Part shown: positions 49,481 to 61,259 of the stretch, piece by piece
Position numbering within the stretch: the first letter of the stretch is position 1
How the letters are laid out: each line of letters begins with the position of its first letter
NCBI GenBank assembly: GCA_963924565.1
Contig: OZ004615.1
Span: forward strand, 372,001-436,000
Source: Ascidiella aspersa
Taxonomy: Eukaryota
Length of the DNA: 64,000 bases
Reading direction: 5' to 3'
Made by a program: the position numbers and the translations under genes
Notes under the pieces: model-generated
Databases searched by the model: none
What the model saw: only the letters and a program-made list of their open reading frames with translations
What the model was told of the DNA's origin: nothing

Positions 49481-52400
49481 ATTAGTCATTATTTCTCCAA
49501 TCCAGGAAGTGTCGGTGTATGTTGTAGTGATAGAATACACAGATTTGTTTCAAGTGCGCAAGTTTAAGGAAAGGTTGGCGAGCAATCATCTCCAAGAACA
49601 ACAATCACAACCGGGCACCGGGAGTTGGGCGTAATTGCGCAATTTGTCGCGAGCAGATGCTTTGACCAACCCACCTCGAATTGTCGCAAACATGCTGACG
49701 TCACTAGCCTCAGATGTGTTGCCAGATAAGCAAGTGATGACGTAATGTATGTTTCCACTCGAGATGTCCTCGCCGGTAATTGGGTCGCTGGAAAAGCAAG
49801 ATGAAAGAAACTTCTCGCGACATTTTGTGAAAACAACGAGGTTTGAAAACATCAAATTTGTCACAAGTTGATCAGCGAAGGGGTGTGATCGTAAATTAAG
49901 GGAGGGGCGGGGAAGAAGAAAATTAGAAGATGAATTTGTTTGCGAAGAGTGAGCCACATTTTGGTCTTCCTAGTTTCTATTTTTTAAATTGTATTTTAAT
50001 CTAGTAAACCTCTTTTTTATTTAAACCACACAAAACTTAAACCACACGAACGAGAAATGACAAACTTAGGGCAGTTAAAAACAAAATTATTTTAATACTT
50101 AAACAATTGACATTTCTTTGTCTAGTCTAGGCCATTTTAAAATGCACAAACTTTATTTTGTTTCCGGTTCTAAAAATATGAAGATTCAGTAAAACTAATT
50201 TTGATAACCAGGATATATTTTGTTAACGTTTTAAACTTGAAACAGTAAATCCAAAAAATCCAATTAAAAAATGGTCAACAATAAAATTCTTGATTAAATA
50301 AAGTTAAAGTCGTCATTTATTTTCAAGGTTCTTATTTTTTTTGATTTTCTAAATAGCGATTGAGTGCAATAAAAACAATGTTAAGGCAAAAGGGGTTTTA
50401 TTCGATATTTTATTGAACAAAAAATTTATCTCACAACAAAATCGCAGCCTCAGTATTTAACCCAGATATCGACGTACCGCGCGTCACCGATTGTTACCAA
50501 TTGTTACGTATACAAAGGGACTTTCTTGTCGTCCAACAACTACTTGGGATAATTAGGCGTTTCTGCCGCTAACTGCGCGCGCTTTGCAGCTATCCCATTG
50601 TTACGTGTGATCGCGTAACAGGCGCTGAATGGATCGCGATGCAACTTTTGTTCCCACGAGTTCAGGTTGTGGGAAAAGTGACGCTCCTACCGATATTTGA
50701 CATGTCGAGTAACATTACGTATTCTGCAAACATCTGGTGGGGAGAGCTACAATTTGTGGAATAATTGCAGTTCATTGTTGAGTGCCTGTGGTTGCGAGGT
50801 TGTTGAAAATGATGGGAAAACACAAAAATGTGTTGGAACTCACAAGTAGTATGGGAAAACACTGGAAAAATAACTATAGACATACTGAGGATATTTATAA
50901 CAGCCACTGGAATATTTAACGAGACTTTTAATTTTTAATAAAAAAATTCTTACCCACTTCTTAAAAAAACTCAATAAAATGACGCTGTTAAAATCGAAAC
51001 CACGAGACTCCATAAAGATTCAATCAAAACACTTTAAACCAGAGATAAGGGCCGATGAGTTGTTTTCTTACATTATACGCAGAATACAAAGCCAAGTGTT
51101 TCACGGAAATCCCATTTTTAGCCGGAATTGTGCGTCTGCGGTCGCCGCGAACATGGCAATAAACACTTTGGACCGATTCCGAACATCTGCGGGAAAACCT
51201 CCGCAAATTTCCGGCCAAAGAAAACAAACTTTCCAATACGCGACGCAAATTAGCCGGGCAAGGAAAACAAGCGCGCGAGCTTTTCCGCGAAACACAGGCT
51301 CCCGGAATTGTTGACGCTCGCATTGTGACGTCAAAGTCGCGCGATTGGCTCAAGGACGACGTGACCTTGAAGCGGTGATGGATCGGATGAGCCGAGCGTT
51401 GGTTATATCGGATGAGGGCGCGGTTATCTGATGGAAATGGATTGAAACGGAAAGATGAGAAGTAAGGTTGTGAGCGGATTCCCAGCGGGTGGCCACAAGA
51501 TAAGCGCTCCACTTCACTTGGTTCCTTGATTTATCTCCTGTTTCTTGACTTTGACACAAATTCTGTGAAGTTTCGCTTTGAATTGCGCAGCTGGGATCGC
51601 ACACGGAGAAGGTGTTAACTCTTGAGACAGTTTAAGTTCCTTTGCGACTTAATTCCGATTAAATTTTTTCTAGCACCTCTTATAAGCCAGTGGGTTAAGC
51701 ATTGTTTGTGTTAAATATTCGCTGGACTAAACCGTGACAAAAACGTATATCTAAAGTTTAAAAAAAAACAGTAAATTAAATGTAACATAAATTAAAAACA
51801 CTAGTACTTTCGTAAGCATTGAGGTTGTACAAATACCATCGCACTGGTTAAAAAATATAAAAAATATATTGAATAAATGTAAAAAAAATTGTTTGAATGC
51901 CTTTATGGTTATGTAAAACATACCTTATTTGAACAAAGCAAGATTATAAACCCACAGCTTGTATCGGTCGAACTAAATTTCGTTGTTCGAAAACTTTACG
52001 TTTAAGCAAATAAATTGAGTAAAACACTTTGAGGTTGGTAAATACCAAAGTTGGAAATCTGAAAGCTATTCTTTACCAATAAAAAGCAAAAATATGTTTA
52101 AAAGCCTTTTAACTGAGCAATAAGCACGGTAATCATGAACAACTTGTAACGACGACATTTTGTTTTTTGATAACCTTAATTGTCGTAAGAAGACACGACA
52201 TTTGTCGCAAATACAAAGTGTACACGTCGTGGTCAGTTGGGTGACCCACTGACCGGCTAGCTGTCCACTTTTGTCCAGTGCGTACGTGACCTCAAGACCA
52301 GCTAGCCGCAAGCGAGATTGCACGGAATGCGCCGTGGTATGGGACGATCGTGGTTTGATTATAACCTACATAAACACAATCTCCACTCAATGTCATGCAT

Positions 52401-52991
52401 TCAACCAACCAACCCTCACCTTTCTCTCTTCGTTCTCTCGCTTACTCTCCTTTTTCTATTATCTCTCTCTCTTAATTTCATTATTTTGCTGACAATTTTT
52501 CTCTTTATTTCTTGCGCGATTGAATTCTTCCTCCAGTTCATTTTCTGCACTTGTGCAATTTAGCTTCCCTATGATAGCCTGGGCGTAGATAAGCCGGTTA
52601 AAATTGCCTCAGCGCTTATATTAATGGCTCCTTAAACTTGGCAGCAACTCGGGTTCGCTCGGCTTTGCAAACTTTGCAATATTTGACCTTAAACATCGCA
52701 CACTTTTGTATACAAACTATTTTCTTGCGTAACTGTTTACATAAAAACTAGGTCGTAAGGACAGCACAGGTCAAGATTTTTTTTGAGTTAAATATAGTGA
52801 ACTCTTAATAAACAATCGTTTTTTATTGAAAATATTTTCTTCAATAAAATGTAGACATAATTTACTAAATTAATTCGTGTTTGGCTTTCAACAAAGCCTT
52901 TATGTTTAAACGATTTAGATAAATATAAATTTGTTGAATTGTAAGTTTTATTAGTAGCCTATTCATTGGAGCACCTGTAATATCGACTATG

Positions 52992-53097
52992 TTTGAAATG
53001 AATAGAATAGCGAGTTATTCGAAACGTTGAAAATGCAGACTACCATTGTATGGACTCTGATATTCATTCTAAGTCTAACTACAACCTCCAGCCATTG
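52992..53097 (-). repeat. Rep-A copy
   Basis: ttattcgaaacgttgaaaatgc...gatattcattctaagtctaactacaacctccagccatt. Confidence 0.8.
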
Positions 53098-55900
53098 TTC
53101 TCTTAACCTTTTTTTCTGACGCGCCCCCCACGAAAAGCAATTCGATATTTTTTAATTAAATATCACTGATACATCACGGGGGCTGCTCCAAAGAAACATA
53201 TATAGCTTTCAACATTTCGTTGTCAAATTTAGCAGCCTCAGATGTTGTTCAGTTTAGTAGTACACGAAAATGGGCGCGAAATTGCTTCACAAACAAAAAC
53301 AAATTAAGCTGAACCGACCGAAACAAGGCGAGGTCGGACCTGAGCAGTTTGGTCGGAGGTGTTTCGACAGCTTCACAAACCAACGCCCTAATCCGGAAAA
53401 CTGTCGGTTTTATTTAGCTCAGTAATGTTTATCCTCAGTTTGAGGTGATTGGAGAAAAACAGATCGCGGCTTAAATAACATTTATCCACAGACAATTTAA
53501 TTACTGGATTTTTTAACTAGTGCCTTTTATATTAAACTGTTTTCCTGTCTTTAAAGTATTGGCTTAGTTGTTTTTTTTTGGCCAACAATGTTTTGGATAG
53601 TTACAGCTATATTCATGTTTATTTTACATTGTTAGCTTGTATTTTCAAGTAACCTACAAGCGGCGTACTTTGAGAAAATTTGGCGGTTTTAGATTAGGAG
53701 GTTTAAATTTGAGCATTGACTAATTTTTTTATGAGAAATATTTAGAGATGTAATTACTCCAACACTTCCGTCTGTGTAAACAGCAATTTCCAAAAGTGTC
53801 AGACGGCGCTGCTGTAAGTTGCTTTAGTGTCGTGTCCCTTACGAGAATGCGAATTACCACAAAGTCCCCACTCCGCCTCAATTAAGCACTTCCAACATAC
53901 GCAATGCATCGGCCCAACTAATATTATGTGCTTACGATAATTGCAACCTCTCCGACAGCTTGAAATTGCTATAAAATGTATTTTTTTGACAAGGGTTTCA
54001 TTCAAGGAGAATCCTCCAAGGCACCACATGTTCCACTTTGAGAAGGTTAGGTCGTATTTCGCATAAAATAAACTTTCTATCGCGGTGATTTGCATACAGA
54101 CAATGGGCGTCGCGAAGGGCGTGATTATCTTAATTAAACTTGTCCTCGTCTAAATTTAGTGGCAATTCGCTTCCAGTCATACTTCGCTGTGAGAATTAAA
54201 ATGGCTAAACTAATCTTTTAAAATTAGCTTTTTCCTAATTTTTCCAGTGGGATGGTAGACTTTGGAATTTAGATTACATAAACTGGTTCAAAGTTTACAA
54301 TTTAAACAAGAACTTGGGGTTTTTAAATATATACACTGTGAGGTTTGGGTGGAAAGGAAAATATATTTTCTACTTGACTTCATTTTCAATTTTAAATTAA
54401 TGATTGTTAAATTAGGAGAAATTGGTCTAGAAATCGGAGAATAAACGTCCATAAAAGTGACAAAGTAATAAAACGTGTATTTGTTGTTGTGACCTGAAAG
54501 GTAACGAATCATTTTGGACAAATCACAATTATGTGTTTTTATAATGCATTTTTTCTATAAAATTCCGTTATTTATCTTAATTTTTGCACATAAAACAATT
54601 TACTTGCTACTATGTTTTGTTTTTGTTATATTTGAGTGGAGTTGCTCATAATAATCAGACGAGTTCCAAATTTTTACAATTTAACGTGAACTTGACCTAA
54701 AGTTTACTTGGCTACATTATGACTTGGGCTGGGACGGTATTTTATAGATGACTGGACTGGGATTTAAGTCATTCCTAATTGACTTACAACAGGGAATTAA
54801 AAACCTTTATATACTGTTGGTTGTTTGAGTGGCACATCATCACCTTTAGGTTGCTTTTGCACGATATTGCAAGATTCCAACGCTTTAAATAAGATAATCC
54901 TGATGTAAATCTTGCTCCGGCTTACAACAACAACAAACTTCATCGAAACCAAACTAACACAAAAATATAAACCCAAGAATCGTCGAGTCATGGTTCGGGC
55001 GAAATCTTGAGAAACGCCTCAAAAACATCGCCTTGTCATCGTGATCTGCTGCACCATTGTGTCGTCATAGTGGCCCCGGTTTGAAAAATGCTTAAGGTGT
55101 TTAGGTTCGTTTGCAATGCGCAGAAGGTGAATGCGACCAAGATAAAGCAATTCGTGGCGACCACGTTTGACTTAATAATCTCGGCTCGGGTAATAAGCCT
55201 CGATCGCGGGGAAATGATCTTATCACTTCTGCTCTGCGATCGATATCTAACCTTATTGCTACAATACAACAAGTTGGCGATGAGGTCAAAACGTGGAAGA
55301 TGTCACGTCCTTTTCGCTAAAAATACTACATTTGATCACTCAAAGGATTTTGTGTCGCGAAAAAGTCGCAAATTTGTCACAAACGGTCGATTTTAAACCT
55401 CACCTTATTCTTTCCGTTTTTCGACTCTAATTTTTAAACTTTTGTGCAGAAGGCAAATATTGTGACACTCAATTTTATTTCTTTTTGTACTATGGATTAA
55501 AACTGCATTTTTATTTGTGAAATTTGATGCTTAATGAGAAACATAAACGAAATTTACTAAGTGTAAAGATATACCGAAAAGATGTATGCTGATAAAAAAG
55601 GGCATATTTTAAAAACTATGGAATAATGTTTATTTTTACCTTAAGCAGGAAAAAGCTATTAGGGCGTTAGCGAAGAAACCTTGGGTTCTAAAATAAACTT
55701 CAGTATTTTCAAACAAACAACAATTACTTTTGAATTAGTGGAAAGAGAATTACATTAGGGCGTAGAACGGAGTTTTTGTAAACAAGATAAGACATCCGTG
55801 CCCATAAACCATGTCTTGCCGGTGATCAACCGCTGGAAGAATGACTCCACGTAAATAAAGATCGCGCGATAATCGAAACTACTGATTGATGCATCACGCA

Positions 55901-56186
55901 AAAACCCTTGTTTAGGTTAGTCTCTGTAAATGGCCGTATTTGTCTTATTCTGAATCGGGGAATCAGGTGGCACTATATATACCCAAATTGTATTTTCGAC
56001 TAGCGCCTTAAAACTTTATATAGTTCCACCTGATCACCTTGGTTAGGTTAGAGTTCTAAATAGGGAAATCAGGTGGCACAAAATATTGACAAATTGTATT
56101 AAATAAGCTTTTTGAAGCTTGTCGATAACCAATACAATTTGCCTTTATATATTGCCACCTGATTACCTTGTTTAGGCTAGGGTTTT
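55901..56186. repeat. Tandem ~130-bp units, each with an internal inverted repeat
   Basis: ccttg(t/g)ttagg(t/c)tag recurs at 55906, 56037 and 56166; between them lie atcaggtggca...t(g/t)ccacctgat stems. Confidence 0.8.
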
Positions 56187-56923
56187 ACCTTTCACTAAAA
56201 CTTCTGCTTTTATCCCAAATCGTCGCTCTCAGTTGACTCACCTTGACGCGACCTTGAACGGGCGTTTTTTTGTTTACGCTTCAGTGGAGCCACGTGGTCG
56301 GCGCGTGCACAACGCCCCTATTGTCCACGTGCATGCGTTTGTGACGTAATAGAGCGTAGGGGGTCGGTGGTGATTTATTTGAAAATAAACAGAGCATCCG
56401 CTTTGCGGTTTGGTTCGCGTCTTTTAAAGATAAAGATCGAAAATAAGGGAAGATACATAGAGGCAGAATTCAACATTAAAGTTGACTTTGAAAAAGAAAA
56501 CTAGAGCAAACGCTTTTTGTCGCACACAGAAATTCAAGTTTTCATAATTCTTGCTATGAAATTGGTTTTGTTTTGGCAAGTTTTTATCCAATCCTGAAAT
56601 ACAACCTACACAGCGAAGACTTTCGCGAAGTTTTTAGCGATTATTACGACTTTAAGGGATTTCTGTGCAAGAAAAGCAATGCTAGAAATTGTCTGTTGTG
56701 CGATTCGAACTCACGACCTCGGAACCGTGTTTTGCCTCAATTTAATAGAAATTTTAGACACGACCGGTTATCAAACAATGTGTCTACCGTTATGATTGGT
56801 CACTTAATCTTAAATACAAAATTACAGTGGCACAAATATGTATGATATCAGCAGTTAAAGCCATCTTTTATTTTTCAACAAAAAGTTAGATCAAGATAGT
56901 TAAGCTGGGAACCCAGTTTTTTA

Positions 56924-56926
<3 letters not shown>

Positions 56927-56966
<40 letters not shown>
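56927..56966. repeat. (AT)20 microsatellite
   Basis: Read directly from the sequence. Confidence 0.95.
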
Positions 56967-56968
<2 letters not shown>

Positions 56969-56974
56969 ATTGAA

Positions 56975-57123
56975 ATCGTAGTAAGAATACCAAAGCCTAT
57001 ATGTAGGTGTCATTTTGAACGTTTCCAACAAGTCTTTATTCATTTTCAACATCATAGTACCTACCTTCGGTAATGATATTCTTACTACGCCTTACTACAA
57101 CCTCCAACCATTATGCTCCAAAG
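56975..57123. repeat. Rep-A inverted pair
   Basis: Forward arm 56975-57050 and reverse arm 57074-57123 ending ccattatgctccaaag. Confidence 0.78.
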
Positions 57124-59904
57124 ATAACAAAATTATTGTCAAAAAATCGTAAATATTATGATTTCGTCTAAGAATCAGAATCAGCTAAAAACTTAGCTCA
57201 TGAACAATAATGTTAGCCTTATTGTATGCAAAAGCGTTAAAACAGTGTAGTCTTGCAAACGATGCGAGTTAAAGTGAAGCAGTAGAAGCACACAGAGCAT
57301 AAGGTGATAAGTTCACTGTAGGTCTGGCACAGAGGCTCGTTTTCTCAATACAGTGGATTCCTAGAAAATACATCGGTATGTTGAAGCAGTGATCGACCGT
57401 CAGCAAGCAACAATCAGCAGCAAGTGAGTGCAGATTGGAGATGCATAGATGGGAGTTGCTATAATGAACCCTTGGCAGAGCTTTCCATGGGGCTTGTAAT
57501 GCATCGATAAGGAATCCAGCGTAGACTAAAAGTGCGAAGATGAGATTCCAATTAGGTTGTTTGTTTCTTGCACACTGAGCTGCCAAGATAAGAGGATCAA
57601 GCTTACTTCTGTTGGAGCCTTAATCTCGAACTCGTGACGGAGAAGTGAGTTTATCCTTATTGAGACTCACGCGGGAACTCTCCAGTGATAAACGCACTTT
57701 AAAGTGATAAGGTTGTTGAAGTCCTCTGCATCTAGCTTCTGTTTGTCGCCTTCACATCGAGATAGCGATCTGGAACAAGGTCGTAGAGTGGCACAGTAGT
57801 TAGCAATATTATCAGCAAGTGGACTTTAGACTTGGCTTCTTGGTATTTGCGTGAGATAAGTGGCATGTTGTTGGACAGTAGCGTTTAAAGTGCAAGGGAA
57901 GTAAACTGCTGAGGAAAAATTCCGCGGTAAACTAAAGGTTTAACTACAGTAAAAGGCGAGGAAAGTTTGTTTCCTTAACAATTTAAGATTAAATATTTAA
58001 AAATTAATCAATTTTTAAACGAAGAATTATTAAATCGTACAAGAGTGCTGTCCCAATCTCTGCTTGAATCGCAGGATTCAAAGACGACCGGGAAAAGTTT
58101 ATTGGCTTTTTGTTCACTGTTTATCTACTACAATCTAGTGTTAAGCCATTTGGCTCAATGAACGTCAAAAAACAAGTAATGAGAAAAATAGCAGTTAAAG
58201 AGTTGACTCAAATATTAAGCTCAAACAACCCTACGTCGATCTACGTTTATTGTCGGACAAAGTTTTGCGAAAAAACAGCGAAAATTTTCGTTCAAACTTT
58301 CCCTGACAAGTCTTTTGTGCAATTAGTTGGCCTCCATTGTCCAGTGAGTCCGAATATGGTCATTTGTGAAGTGTGGCTTGCATTTTTGACTGAGCGCCGG
58401 CGACAAGTTACAAGGACGCGCGGTTTAAAACCCGATTATCGCCTGATTGGATTTGTTAGCGGGTCGGAATCTGCAACATTTCCGAGAAAACTCGTGTTAG
58501 CGATCACGTGGGGAAGTTTGTAACTAGAGCCCGAGATTTCTGTTGTGGACTTTTACGAGCAAAGCAATAACTTCCATTCTTACCAAGAAACAGCGAAACT
58601 TTTTAATGAGAAAAAGCTTTTAAGAGCTGGTTAAGATTTTTAGTCTATAAATTTTACAATGAACTTCAACCACAAATAAACCAGCAAAGATATACGATTT
58701 TAATCCGCCACCAGATTGTAATTAAGGATTTAGAACTAAATCATAAGTCCCAGGCCAACTTATCCTAGCACAGACCTTCAGCTCACATTGCAATCGTCAA
58801 GGTTTAATTTAAAGAGGTAAACTGCGTATAAATATGATGTTGCTAATAAATATAAATGTACACTGCGTATGTTCCAACGAGCCTTTGAAAGTGAGATCCA
58901 TAATTCCAAGTTCGCCTTTACGCACCACATCTCATATTTCCACGCTATTCAACAGTCACTCATGTACATATCGATTTTCGCTTTGGCTTCTGATGATATT
59001 GTCAGCGTTTATAACGTCCAAACCCCCGGTTGCAATTTACTGTTCTGACGCATTTTGCCCAAGCCATTACATACTTACAGCAAAGACGCGACGCAAATCC
59101 GCCAAGATTCGGGCTTCGGCAAATGTCGCAGCAATATTCCTGAATTATCGGCAGAAAGCTCACAATTTAAATACACCGGGGTGACCCTTACATATAATCC
59201 TTCATATTATCCAAACAATTTGAAAAGAGTTCCAGTTTACGAAAGACCTGAGTCGTTGGGCTTGAATTGCACCCTGACAAAAGTAATGGTGACCACCAGG
59301 AGATTAGAATTATACCGACAGTTCTCGCGTCTGCCTGTGACATCACCATTACAACATTGTGACGCACGTGTTCGAAAGTTCACTTGATTACAAGTTTGTT
59401 GCGCAATTCTGCGATTATTTGATAGTTTTGTTTCTTTGTGATTTGGTTGTTGGGAAAGCCCCTCGTGTTAGAATGACGTAAACTAGATCGCGAGAAAATG
59501 AAAATAGACTTTTCTGATTGCATTTTAGATATTTAACTCTTTAGCGCGGTGGCTCCAGACCTGGGGGTCGCAAGAGGTTGTCAGGAGATTTAGCGTATGG
59601 CAAAGTGGTTTTAGTCAATTGATTTAAACTTGCTTTACGAATAGGTTAACACACTCAGCTGATTAAAACCCTGATATGGATTTCGTGAACTCGATATTTA
59701 AAGCGGCAGTATTTTAACAACACGGTTTATTTATGGTGAGTTCATTAAGTATTCTAAAGAAAATTGCATAAGTTGGACAGTGGACACCTTATATAACGTA
59801 ATGTTTGTGTGTGAATTTACGCGCCCCACAAACACGAGGAACTGACATTTGTTTAAAGCTAATACAAGCGCCGTCACGCTCTAAAGCCTTCACAAGGTCT
59901 AATG

Positions 59905-60173
59905 CTGTTGTTCTCAACCTTCCCTTAGAAATAATTAATAGATTGCGGAAACTCTACAAGATTTTTCCGTAGGTAATTCATTAGAATGTCACAATAAACG
60001 GAACTGGAACAACACACATCAACTCTACGCACGTAGGAAGTTTTAATTTGATTTTCCACTCTAATCTTTACAAAAAATTGTAAGAGTTGAGCAAAAATCA
60101 GATTCTTAAAAATTCCTAAATATCCTTAGGCACCCTTGGACATTAGAAATGACACCCCGGTTGAGAACCACTG
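59905..60173. mobile_element. hAT-type MITE
   Basis: Ends ctgttgttctcaacc and ggttgagaaccactg (13/15 inverted match); related to 35432-35670. Confidence 0.7.
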
Positions 60174-60195
60174 CTTCACTGTCAATCAACTTCAA

Positions 60196-60297
60196 AGCAT
60201 AATGGTTGGAGGTTGTAGTTAGACGTAGAATAAATATCAAAGCTACAGAAAGTAGGTAGCATTTTGAACGTTTCCAATAAATCTCTATTCATTTCAA
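60196..60297 (+). repeat. Rep-A copy, close to consensus
   Basis: agcataatggttggaggttgtagttagacgtagaataaatatcaaagctacagaaagtaggtagcattttgaacgtttccaataa. Confidence 0.82.
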
Positions 60298-60399
60298 CAA
60301 GCATTTATTCGAAATTTTCACAAAATATTCTACGTTAAAGTCAATGTGACGCACAACAATGGATCAAGTCGCGAAGCAACAATCGGTTGGGCACCTGGC

Positions 60400-60860
60400 C
60401 GAATATGACGTCACAATTGCACGGGCGAGAAGCGTCAATAAACAAAGCGCATTGTTTGGGGCTCGCGCGGTATCCGACTCCAGAGAAAAAAACGTGGCGA
60501 TGGCAATTGTGACATAATAGCCGGTAACGAACAGAGCGCGATATTCAGGGGGGTGCAGGGGTTTGGGGGGAGGGCGATAATCCCGAAATTGCGATTCGAT
60601 GCCGGAAAAACGCAGAGAATTGAAGCCAATTTAAAAGTCGGGTCGAATTGACGCCAAGTTACGTAATGCGCCCGATAGAAAGCTTGAAATTGCCCCAAAG
60701 TTCGCGGCAGCTTCGTTCACAAACCTAGAGTGGTGAGGCGTGGTCACGTGGTCTGTGCCGTGGTTTCAGCCAGAGGCGCCTTTTTTGCGAAATTCGCGAA
60801 GAAGTTTTTCTGGCGAGGGCGGGCGGCTATAAATACGCTCGGCGCGGGGATTAGAAGCTG
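60400..60860 (+). promoter_or_regulatory. CpG-rich proximal promoter of the PDE9-like gene with a TATA box
   Basis: CRE 60406-60413, CCAAT 60626-60630, TTACGTAA 60659-60666, E-box CACGTG 60745-60750, GGGCGG boxes 60817-60826, TATAAATA 60828-60835. Confidence 0.6.
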
Positions 60861-60872
60861 ACAAGTTGGCCG

Positions 60873-60895
60873 ATGGCTGGGCAGCAAAGATCGGG
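60873..60895 (+). CDS. Candidate proximal first mini-exon of the PDE9-like gene (MAGQQRS-G)
   Basis: ATG 45 nt after the start of the TATA box; donor GG|GTTTGT, phase 2, in frame with exon 61260. Confidence 0.45.
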
Positions 60896-61259
60896 GTTTG
60901 TCACCTTTAAGCCACCGGAATTTTAACTTGCGTCAATCGACGCTTTTATATCGTGATATGCATCATCACTGGACGCTATAAAGCTTAGTGGCGTACCATT
61001 GCATGGTTTAGTGGTCAATGATAGCTGCAGAACTAGGATAAAGCAGTAGGCAATAAACGATAGAAAAGCACAAAGATCTAACTGAGTCTGTTGCAAGTGG
61101 CAGGAATATCAAAGTCCATTAAGAAGTACGTTGCATTTCGAATCGTCTTGAATTGAACGTTTCGAATGAAACCTTCGCGTATGGAGTTTATTCCACTACG
61201 TTTTCTTCAACCTTAAACCATTAGGCTCCAAAGTTTATTGACTCTGTTGTGTTTTTCAG

